64,000 nt of DNA from Octopus sinensis (taxonomy: Eukaryota), in contig NC_043005.1 in assembly GCF_006345805.1 (NCBI RefSeq), positions 18,662,001 through 18,726,000 of the forward strand, read 5' to 3'. The notes under the pieces were generated by a model. That model saw only the letters and a program-made list of their open reading frames with translations. It was not told where the DNA came from and did no database searches. Of this stretch, positions 1 to 10,624 are shown piece after piece. Numbering within the stretch: the first letter of the stretch is position 1; each line of letters starts with the position of its first letter. The translations under genes and the position numbers were made by a program.

Positions 1-247
1 CCTCAACAGCAATTAAAAATATGTAATAAATCACTTTATGTCGGTGCATAAATTACTAACCTTCACTTGGTGGTGTCATAGTATAGACATGTGGATGGAA
101 AATACTTCTTTGGCTAATTACTGCACAGAATAGGTTTTCCTTATCAGGTCTAATCTGGGATCACACCTGATTATCTTTGACATGTATTATACTAGGTGTG
201 AACATGATAAAGATACCATATACCAATAAGGTACAAAATACAATAAA

Positions 248-560
248 CTACCACTACTAATACTAATACTAATACTAACACTACCACTACTGCTGTTGCT
301 GCTACTACTACTACTACTACTCCTACTACTACTACTACTACCACAACCACTACTACTACTACCACCAATAATACTACTGCTACTACCACCACCTCCACTA
401 CTACTACTACCACCACCACCACCACCACCACCACCACCACCACCACCACCACCACCACCACCACTACTACTACAACTACTACTACTACTACCACCACCAC
501 CACCACCACCACTACTACTACAACAACAACAACTACTACTACTACTACTACTACTACTAT
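248..560. repeat. Compound (ACT/ACC/ACA)n trinucleotide microsatellite
   Basis: Directly visible; it explains the poly-V/L/S/G ORFs. Confidence 0.95.
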
Positions 561-606
561 CACACCAGCGTATTATCGACAGCATTTTACTGTCATATTT
601 TTTCAG

Positions 607-707
607 GTATCAAAAGATTTTCAGAAGACATAGAAATGATGCTGGGAAGGAAACCATTTATGGTATTTAAAATCTGTTGGAGTTTCATCGGACCGTGTTC
701 AATCCTG
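607..707 (+). CDS. SLC6-family transporter, internal exon (TM11 region)
   Basis: Acceptor ttttcag and donor CTG|gtaagc. 101 nt encoding (G)IKRFSEDIEMMLGRKPFMVFKICWSFIGPCSIL, matching the SLC6 motif GxxRFxxDIxxMxGxxP...CWxxxxP. Ends in phase 0. Confidence 0.93.
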
Positions 708-1282
708 GTAAGCATTGCAAATATATTTTAGTGTTCAGAGGAACATTGTAGCCTGTTTTAGTCGTAGAAAACAACTATCTGAATTCCAGAAAAGAAACAG
801 AAACTTTCGCCAGGTGCATCCACAAAGAGAAATTTCTTCTCTCCAAATAGAAAGCACCACTTATGCTAGAGTAAGAACATTATGAAAAGCAATACCAACC
901 GAACGAGCACTAGTTAATTTACTTCTAAATCTAAATCTCTCACAGAGCCAATACATGATGCATATATGTGCACCGACTCGATTATATTACAGCGCAACAT
1001 ACTTCAGAATTTTAGCATCCAGTCACAATATATTCACCGACAAAAGATTTAGATATTCGAGTAACTATTTAAGAATATCCTGAAACTCAGTAATTGCTGT
1101 CTATTTAAAGAGCGCAGCATTAACTTTAAAACCCTCAAACTGTACCTTCCGAATATCATTTTCTAGCTCAGAATTATGAAAGCGGAGAATAAACCACCCA
1201 CATAGTCGTACAAGTGAAAACAATGACTCCTTCGAAAATTCTGTTTCGCCAACGCTCCACCTGATGTGCCTATACTCTCTTT

Positions 1283-1450
1283 TTTTCTTTATGGCTCTTT
1301 TACTCTTCAAATCTGCCTTTTGTGTTTTATTTTATGCAATCCGCTGGCAATGATGTCCTTCTTTTCTTTATGGCTCTTTTACTCTTCAAATTCTGCCTTT
1401 TGTATTTTTTTTATTTTATGCAATCCGCTGGCAACGATGTCCTTCTTTTC
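1283..1450. repeat. Two-copy tandem duplication, unit about 80 bp
   Basis: ttttctttatggctcttttactcttcaaa...gcaatccgctggcaa(t/c)gatgtccttc starts at 1283 and again at 1362. Confidence 0.9.
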
Positions 1451-1567
1451 ATTATTAATTAGTATTTTTTCTACTCTTGCTTTTACCTATTTCCGACAAG
1501 TCGAAAAATACCTCATCTCTGATTAGAATAAACTCTTTTTTTTAAAAGCTGTGTAATCCCTGAAAAA

Positions 1568-1966
1568 GTGGAGGCGCAATGGCCCAGTGGTTAGGACAGC
1601 GGACTCGCGGTCATAGGATCGCAGTTTCGATTCCCAGACCGGGTGTTGTGAGTGTTTATTGAGCGAAAACACCTAAAAGCTCCACGAGGCTCCGGCAGGG
1701 GATGGTGGTGATCCATGCTGTACTATTCTGTACTATTTCACCACAACTTTCTCTCACACTTACTTCCTGTTTCTGTTGTACATGTATTTCAAGGGGCCGG
1801 CCTTGTCACTCTCTGTGTCACACTGAATATCCCCAAGAACTACGTTAAGGGTGCACGTGTCTGTGGAGTGCTCAGCCACTTACACGTTATTTTCACGAGC
1901 AGGCTATTCAGTTGATTCGGATCAACAGGAACCCTCATCGTTGTAACTGACGGAAAGCTTCCTCCC
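1568..1966 (+). mobile_element. tRNA-derived SINE, head A + tail X
   Basis: Head gtggaggcgcaatggcccagtggttagg with pol III A/B-box-like motifs. TSD taatc(c/a)ctgaaaa at 1554-1566 and 1967-1979. Paralogs at 30006, 39703 and 63258. Confidence 0.9.
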
Positions 1967-2261
1967 TAATCACTGAAAATTAACACTTTCCTTCTCAAAA
2001 TCTCGTGCTATTGATGACCATCGTGAAGTATAACCGAAGACAGCTTGAAAATAACGATGACAACTAGTTAAATACTGAGACATACATTTTCTGCATACAT
2101 GAAAGTTTATTTGTCTCAAAAGTCCCGTCTTAATTATATGATACGTATATAAGATATTCAAATGTCTGAATTAAGATTTAATTTGCTGAAACTATTAACA
2201 AAACTCTATGAATATATGTGTGTGTGTGTTGGGAGGATGTCTGTATGTATGTATCTTCGTA

Positions 2262-2566
2262 GTCATAAAGCGAGACAGATGAGTGACAACCTGGCCACTG
2301 GTGGTGGTGTAACACACGATACTAATCATATCTGTCGGGCATGTGGAAGAGAGTGTAATTCGGCAGGAGGACTTAAACGACATGCAAAGGTACATGAAGC
2401 CCAGGTACAACTACAGCCGGCTATTACCGATAAAGGTTTTAGTTGCCAATTCTGTACAAGACATTGTAGATCTTTAGTTGGGCTAAAGACTGGCATTCGA
2501 TCACAGCACCAGTAACAGTTAAGCTTCGTGCAATGGCCATACTCGATAACGAGGGGGCAGCCATAA
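2262..2566 (+). mobile_element. Probable RTE-clade LINE 3' end with two C2H2-type fingers
   Basis: Translates CRACGRECNSAGGLKRHAKVH and CQFCTRHCRSLVGLKTGIRSQH*. The CxxCxRxCxSxxGLxxH pattern is typical of RTE ORF2 C-termini. No TGEKP linker. Confidence 0.55.
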
Positions 2567-3084
2567 TGCGTACACATACATACAATTATACGTAAATACA
2601 TATATGTTTGTATGAGTTTAAGTACATAAGTTTAACTACAAATTAGAATGTTAGCATTCTTTTAATAGGTTTCTGCTTGTATGAAATGTACATATTAATA
2701 TTTGAAAGTAAATGTATTTACACATTGATAATTTAATAATTATTAATAGTCATCTAGAGATGACAGATGCTGTTTACTTGTTTGTACACACACACACACA
2801 CACACGCACACACAGATACAAAGACTCAAACACAGACACACGTAGAGACTCACACACACGCACACACACGCGCACGCACAAACGCACATTCAGACATACT
2901 GCTATATGCGTATTCGAAGCGTGGTGATATGTCTGTGCTTTCATGCGCATTCTAACGTATGTGTAAATATATTTACACATATTTATATATAAATATATAA
3001 GAACGATATTATTTCTAAGAATAATAACGTTAGTGTATATATATATATATATTATATAATATACACGTATACATCGGCATATGA

Positions 3085-3103
3085 ATACAGATAGATAGAT
3101 AGC

Positions 3104-3144
<41 letters not shown>

Positions 3145-3145
3145 G

Positions 3146-3196
<51 letters not shown>

Positions 3197-3223
3197 GGAT
3201 AGATAGATGGATAGATAAACAAA

Positions 3224-3295
<72 letters not shown>
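3085..3295. repeat. (GATA)n microsatellite
   Basis: Directly visible. Confidence 0.95.
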
Positions 3296-3296
<1 letters not shown>

Positions 3297-3837
3297 AAGG
3301 GCCGATACGTGAAGCTTAGATGAAATATGAACCCATGCCGATACGTTCATATGTACATCCACATATCCTCTCATTTCAATATGGACGTGTATGTGGCGAG
3401 CGTGATTATCATAAGATTCTCTGAAAATTTATTTCCGTATCCTCGATTATAACGTCCAATTAATACGGTATCTGTCTACTCCTTCAATGTAAGTCTAGTG
3501 TTTCTTGTCTCAGAAATCTATTTGAATATATCATTGAATATATCATTCATCCTTAATTTGTTTATATGTGTTAGTTAGATGTTTGTCTTATTGACGCAGT
3601 CGTTAATGTTTCGGCATTCGTTAACGTGCTTAGATATGACTTTATTTCCAGTCTCGTCTAACGTTGTTAATGTTTGTTTATGGTTGTTGCCCTTTAGCAT
3701 CATGTTTCTCGGTGACGTATAAAATGCTGTCAATTTCTCTTTGACTCTTTCTGGCCAATTTTATTTCACAACCACCAGTTGTGGTGTCAACAACTGCGCT
3801 ATACACACACGCACACACATACATACATACGTACAAG

Positions 3838-4014
3838 CTGGTGCCAAGCTGTATCGGCCCTTGCCTTTCCTTCGAACTTCGGTGGTATGGAGAGGAGGGG
3901 ACGTTAATATGCATGGGTGACTGCTGGCCTTCCAGACAGAATCTTGCTTAAACTTGTGCCCGAGAGAGGAATTTTCTAGGTGCGATCTCGTGGCCATATA
4001 TGACTGGAGGGTCT
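3838..4014 (+). mobile_element. SINE B 3' half (tail Y), diverged
   Basis: ctggtgccaagctgtatcggcc...ttctaggtgc matches 5340-5530. Confidence 0.75.
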
Positions 4015-4026
4015 ATATATATATTT

Positions 4027-4060
<34 letters not shown>

Positions 4061-4173
4061 CTTTTATCTTTTATTGGTTTCAGCCGAGGGCTGAGGTCAT
4101 GCTGTTGTATCACCAGTGTTTTATTGTGACACCATCATGGGAGGCTCCACACGTTTCATTATTATTATTATTA

Positions 4174-4208
<35 letters not shown>

Positions 4209-4249
4209 GTTATTATTATTATTATTATTATTATTTTATTATTATTATT

Positions 4250-4778
4250 GAGTGAGAGAGTAATGCATGCCATCAAAGTGACACTGGGGTAAAATATACA
4301 AAACCCAGTATACTCATCATGACTACCCGTCTGATAAGGGTATACTCGGCACATGCATCACAACCATATGTGCGCAACATGGTGATTTCATATCAAGATA
4401 AACAGCACATGACCTTGCAGGTAGGGCCCAGTTAGAATTTTCTTCAGGTCGAGTAGCCCATCCTGCTCAAAAGGTCCTGAATAAGGGTTGTTTAAGGATG
4501 TTAAACGAAACACCTGTGTTTCCAAAAGTGAATTATCCAAACCCCAAAGAATCCCTCTCAACACATGGCTATGATGCTCCCCCACTACTTCTGCTTATGA
4601 TCAGAGATGCACATAACGTCAGCCACTTAGGGACATGCTAAACTGGTTAAGGTCAAACAACTGAGAAGCAAATCTGTGGTTTGAGCAGAATATTTGCTGT
4701 AGCCCATCTTTTATACCAAGACAAAACAATGTACATAACACTTCCAATCAGTTAAGATTAGGAACCACGAGAGCCACT
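4250..4778 (-). mobile_element. About 530-bp non-coding retroelement (family E) with a (TAA)n tail
   Basis: Reverse-complement copy at 42932-43468. Flanked on both sides by (TTA)n arrays. Confidence 0.85.
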
Positions 4779-4789
4779 TATTATTATTA

Positions 4790-4836
<47 letters not shown>

Positions 4837-4965
4837 CATCATTATTATTATTGTTATAATTATTATTGTTATTATCATCATCATGACTGATATTATCGTT
4901 TTTATGCGTAATCCCGCAGCGGTTGCAGTAGCACCAACAGTAGCGTGGGTGGTGGTAGTGGTAGG

Positions 4966-5004
4966 GTGAAAGAAGCCCGTTGTATATATGTATGCATATA
5001 TGTT

Positions 5005-5072
<68 letters not shown>

Positions 5073-5138
5073 TGTATATATATATATATTGTTATATTCG
5101 GAATGGTCATATTGCCAGTTTAGCCAATATATATATAT

Positions 5139-5170
<32 letters not shown>

Positions 5171-5807
5171 TGGTATGTATGTATGTGAAGGCGCATGGCT
5201 CAGTGGTTAGAGCGTCGAGCTTACGATCGTGAGGTTGTGAGCTCGAATCCCGGACCGGGCTGCGTGTTGTGTTCTCGTGCAAGGCACTTTATTTCACGTT
5301 GCTCCAGTTCACTCAGCTGTAGAAATGAGTTGCGACGTCACTGGTGCCAAGCTGTATCGACCTTTGTCTTTCCCTTGTATAACACTGGTGGCGTGGAGAG
5401 GGGAGGCTGGTATGCATTGGCGACTGCTGGCCTTCCATAAAAAAAAACAACCTTGCCCAGACTTGTGTCTAGGAGGGTAACTTTCTAGGTGCAATCCCAT
5501 GGTCATTCATGACCGAAGGGGGTCTTTACCCCTTCTTTATGTATGTATGTATGTATGTATGTATGTATGTATGTATGTATGTATGTATACGTTTGTGTGT
5601 CTATGTTTGTCCCGCGCCCCAACATCGCCTGACAACCGATGTTGGTGTGTTTACGTCCCCGTAACTTAGCGATTCGGCAAAAATCCCCGATAGAATATGT
5701 ACTACGCTTACAAAGAATAAGTCCTGGGACCGATTTGCTCGCCTAAAGTTGGTGCTCTAGCAAGGCCACAGTCAAATGACTAAAACAAGTAGGAGAGCAA
5801 AAGAGTA
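4966..5807 (+). mobile_element. SINE C remnant split by a SINE B insertion in its central microsatellite
   Basis: gaaagaagcccgt at about 4967 and the 3' half (gacaaccgat...acaagtaggagagcaaaagagta) at 5591-5807 flank SINE B. Confidence 0.7.
5185..5533 (+). mobile_element. tRNA-derived SINE, head B + tail Y
   Basis: Head gtgaaggcgcatggctcagtggttagagcg...gctcgaatccc. Paralog at 38787-39127 (-). Confidence 0.9.
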
Positions 5808-5859
5808 TATATATATATATATACTTTTTTACTCTCCTACTTATATATATGTAAGGAGA

Positions 5860-6025
5860 GTTTACGAAAAAAACAAAAGACGAAGACAGGTGGTGTATAA
5901 AACAAACAGATGTATTAGTATAACGCTCAGGAATAGAAAATATCTTTAATGTTTCGAGCCTACACTCTTCCACAGAAAGGGACACAGAAAAAAACCAAGC
6001 AGAGAAAAAAATGTGTAATAGCCGC
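5860..6025 (-). mobile_element. Short Penelope-LTR-like repeat carrying a hammerhead-like motif
   Basis: Paralog at 56100-56295. Motif ctttctgtggaagagtgtaggctcgaaacattaaag on the minus strand at 5944-5979. Confidence 0.55.
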
Positions 6026-6595
6026 ATATATCTATATGGCCTCTACAAGGTTTCCATCTTCCAAATTCATTCCCAAATAATTAGTTGGATAGGAGAGTAG
6101 GAGGCATTTGCTCAATGGGTATCGTAGTGGGATTGAACTCGGAGCGAACTGGTTGAAAAACGAGTTTCTTAAGCAAGCAGCCATGCCTGCATCGTTATAT
6201 GTAGATCAATATACCATTAATTAGTGAATTGTGCACTTCGGAGTAAATTCGGTTACCGTGAAGTGAAGCTTTGTACCTTGTTTGCACAGACAAATAACAT
6301 AAGTTTATTTTCTTGCACGGCAAGCAAAGATTCGAATTGTTAATGAAAGTATTTGTTCAATAGTGTTTCTATTTGACCTAAAGCAAAGTAAAATCTTTAG
6401 ATTAAATCCTGTATTGTTGTTCTTGGTCTTATGAGTAGCACTCGATTAAAGAGCATTGCAGTGGTTTACAGTAGGGGAAATTTATACATACATTTATATC
6501 TGTGTGTGTATGTGTGAGCGTATGTGTTTGTCTGGCTGTATGTGTACGTAGTATGTATGATGTATGATATATATACATATATATATATATATATA

Positions 6596-6661
<66 letters not shown>

Positions 6662-6703
6662 GTATATAGGTATGTAAATATATATATATATATAGGTATG
6701 TAA

Positions 6704-6734
<31 letters not shown>

Positions 6735-6735
6735 T

Positions 6736-6796
<61 letters not shown>

Positions 6797-7000
6797 CTGT
6801 TTGTGTGTGTATGTATGTATAAATGAATGTATGGATGTTATTTAGATAAATACGTATGTTAATAGAAAACGTCACCCAACGGCGAATGAACTTATCCAAA
6901 CTCATGAACTTGCAATTAAATGAATGATTTCACTTTCAGAGAGTCGCTTTTCTACAACGACATCTGGATTTATGTTAAACAAATATTTACCTCTCTATAA

Positions 7001-7328
7001 CAAACGGAGCACTCCGTCGGTTACGACGATGAGGATCCGAGCTGATACGATCAACGGAACAGCTTGCTCGTGAAATTAACGTGCAAGTAACTGAGCAATC
7101 CACAGACACGTGTACATATAAAGTAGTTCGCAGGGAGATTCAGCGTGACACAGAGTGTGACAAGGCTGGCTCTGAAATACAGGTACAATACATTTTCGCC
7201 AGCTGAGTGGACTAAAGCAACGTGAAAAAAAGTATCATGCTCAAGGACACAACGCATCGCCGGGAATTGAACTGACAACTTTACAATCGTGCGCCGAATG
7301 CCCTAACCACTAAGCCATACGCCTTCAC
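7001..7328 (-). mobile_element. Chimeric SINE, B-type head + tail X
   Basis: Head gtgaaggcgtatggcttagtggttaggg joined to the tail of the 1568 family. TSD ctctctataa at 6991-7000 and 7329-7338. Confidence 0.85.
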
Positions 7329-8981
7329 CTCTCTATAATAATATATATCCAATTTGTGAAAGTTTATTTTGCATTTAATTCAGTGCCTAGTAGTATGTGT
7401 GTGTATGTGTGTGTGTGCGCGCGTGTGTGTGTGTGTGTGAGTGAGTGAGTGTGTGTGTGTGTGCGCGTGTGTGTGTGTGTGTATGTGTGTGTGTGTGTAT
7501 GTGTGTACCAAATGATAAGAAGACAAAGAAAATTCTTTAACATATATCTAATAATTCGTTACAATTATTTCTGCACCAATCTGTAACGCCAATTTACGCA
7601 AAAACTGGGGGTGAAAATTTACGTGATGTTCGTGGTTTTGGCCATTAGGCAGGCACATTAGCAGACTAGATTAAAAAATGTCTTCTCACATTGTGTGTGT
7701 GTGTGTGTGTTGTTTAATCCCCCCAAAAGGCCCCAGGAACATCATGGGCAAATGATGCTTCGAAACCATCCCTGCTATATTTACTAATAATATTGGTTTG
7801 TAACTTAATAACATGACTACAAATTTAGACAGAGAGGTGTGTGGGAGGGGCATTTCCTGAAACCGACTTTAGTTGACAGAACTTTTGAAGTGTTGAAAAG
7901 ATCTCAACTTCATGTAAACTCTGTACATAAACGAACGTGAATAATATGCACGGCATTTTGTCCGGCGCTCAACAGCTTTCGCCTCTCTCTTCGTTGCTCC
8001 ATCAAAACTGTTAAAAGAAAATGTTGTTTCAAAATTCAATTATTTTAGTTATGTTGTGAGTTAAGTAGTGTAATAGAATAGCGAATGATATTTAGCTAAA
8101 TCCTTTCAGCTTTCGAGTTCAAATCCAGTCAAGATCAAATTTGATTTTCAGAGTCGATAAAATAAACTAACATCCAAGTCAATCTCTTGCGATAGACCTA
8201 TTCTATTCTATTCGACTCTGTTCTTTTTCTAAAATTGCTTATCCTTGTGTTATCAATGATAGAAACCATTACTGTTGGCTGCCAGTAATATTATGATAAA
8301 TCGCTTGCCATGTGTAATCGAATATAGCGTCACACGTCATTTAACATTGAGATAGATCGGCTGTCACATGTAATCGAATGTTGGGTCCTACGTAATCTAA
8401 CACTGTAGTAGGTCATTTATCAAATGTACTCGAACATATTGATAAATCGATTGCCACACATAATCAAATATAATTCTGCCTGAAAAGAACGTTCATTGAT
8501 GATTCATTTTCAATTAAATGGTAACTGCAAAAACCAGTTACTAATTATTCATTACCTCTTCTTGAATTGTCATTCGAATAATGTCTCACATTAATTTAAT
8601 TGTTCACTATTTCTTTTACTCTGGTCCAACAAATATATATTTCCATAGGAATGTTTTGTGCTCTTAGCAGCAAGTCTTTTTGTGCTTAGATTTTGCCAAT
8701 GTAGTGTCCCCTATTTGTCGAAGCAGATCGATCGCATAATATTGCACATTAACTTGTATCCCCACTACGTTTTTTTTTTCAATTCTACGGTATCTCAGAA
8801 GGTTTTTTTTTAGTTTTGATATTCTAATATACGAAACACAGACATGGCCATGAGATAAAAAATTTTCGTTTTGCAATCATGTGGTTTCGTACTCAGGTCC
8901 ACTCCACGATATATTAGCTATGTAGCTTTTGTTAAAAGAAAATTGTATGGAAACCTATCGAATATGTGTGTGTGTGTGTGT

Positions 8982-9014
<33 letters not shown>

Positions 9015-9016
<2 letters not shown>

Positions 9017-9735
9017 AGTAAAGTATCTAAGGTTGGTCAACGTACCCCTCATCACCTGACTACTTCTTACTTTTATCGAGTTACCTTCTGACCGTCATTA
9101 ATGAATAGACTTGATCGCGAACCGTTCCCGGGTTAAAAGTAACGCAGATGATGAAAAGTGGGTGGGTTCTGCATAATATCCGTTATCATATCCAACGAAA
9201 ACAACTGTGGTTACCCACCAGTGAATAAGGGAAATTCATTCCTAAACTGGGGCTACACCGAAAAAATGCTTTTTTCAATGTGTGGAGGGATATAAAGGAT
9301 GGCATATTTCATGAAGCGTTAAACCAAAATGAAACTGCTAATGTACAGGAGTAGTGTCCTCAACTGCAAATATTGTACAAAAGTTTTGAGAAAATTTGGG
9401 CATTGTTGGCTAGCCATAAAGGGTGTTGCCTTTACACGAGAGCGCAAGAACGCATATTGCTGAAGCCACTCAGATGAGAGATCGGGCATTAAATATGGAT
9501 GTTTTGCCTAACCTTCTTACTCTCTTGACCTTGGTATATCTGATTATCATCTTTTCAGATCATTGCAACATCATTTAGAGGGAAAACTGTATATTAATTG
9601 TGAAAGATTGAAAATGATGTTCTGTTGTTACTTTCCTTGGAAACACAAAGAATTTTAGGCTCGAGAGATAAACAATCTGCCGAATAGATTGGATTGTGTT
9701 TAAATAATGAGGTGAAATATTTTCTTGGTTAAATA
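9015..9735 (+). mobile_element. Degenerate mariner transposase remnant
   Basis: Frameshifted motifs KVGQRTPHHL, DDEKWV, GLHRKNAFFNVWRDIK, HESARTH and PSYSLDLGISDYHLFRSLQHHLEGK correspond to mariner WVPHEL, TGDEKW, HDNARPH and YSPDLAPSDYHLF. Confidence 0.8.
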
Positions 9736-10305
9736 TGTCAATTAAGACCAAAGATGTAGTTGTTTCTTCATCTTGAAATACTACGGGGTTTTATCACTAG
9801 CAATATGTGTGTGTGTGTGTGTGTTGTGTGTGTGTGTGTGTATGTGTGTGTGTGTGTGTGTGTTGTGTGTGTGTGTGTGTATGTGTGTGTTGTGTGTGTG
9901 TGTAGGTGTGTGTGGCCATTTGATAACCTATGCTGATTACATCTCCGTAACCTAGTGTCAAAACAAATATCAAAACAATAAGAACCAGATTCTGAAACGA
10001 ACGTGTATTGGGAGCAATTTGATGGACTAAAAGCTTTTCAAGCTGGTGCTACAGCATGGCCATAGCCCAAAGACGAAAGCAAATATCAGAATATAGAATA
10101 TTCTTTGATTAGGTTTTACTCTTCGGAGTTAGCATGAACATGATGATTTAGACGATGTTAAATTTTACTACGTCTTACATCACAATAACAAAGCTACATT
10201 TCTAAATAGTGATTCAACAGCTTACTTTGTTATAGCTGTAGAGTTATGGAGTTCAACCCAACATATCAGGAATACACGTAAATTTTATACTGCTACTTCT
10301 ACTTA

Positions 10306-10624
10306 GGAGGCTCATTGCCTAGTGGTTAGAGCAGCGGACTCGCGGTCAAGGGATAGCGGCTTCGAATCTCAGACTGAGCGATGCGTGTGTGTTTATGAGC
10401 GAAACACCTAAGTTCCACGCGGCTCCGGCAGAAGGTAATGGTGAACTTCTGCTGACTCTTTTGCCACGACTTTCTCTCACTCTTTCCTCCTGCATCTTGC
10501 AGCTCACCTGCGACGGACCGGCGTCCTGTCCAGGTGGGGAACCTATACGCCAAGGAAACCGGGAAACCGGCCCTTATGAGCCATGCATGGCTCGAGAAGG
10601 AACAAACAACAAAACAGCAAAACA
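10306..10624 (+). mobile_element. tRNA-derived SINE, head A' + tail M
   Basis: TSD tctactta at 10298-10305 and 10625-10632. Paralog at 31688. Confidence 0.88.

Noticed and set aside
960-1510. Coding-like minus-strand sequence (ELENDIRKVQFEGFKVNAALFK...)
   Set aside because: Multiple stops and frameshifts and no motif I can assign. Possibly a decayed transposon.
1568-1645. tRNA genes at the SINE heads (also 5185, 10306 and others)
   Set aside because: The tRNA-like A/B boxes continue into repeated SINE bodies with TSDs, and the cloverleafs are not intact.
8295-8475. Degenerate about 22-bp-unit minisatellite (gtcacatgtaatcgaat-like)
   Set aside because: Real but heavily decayed, with no features suggesting function.
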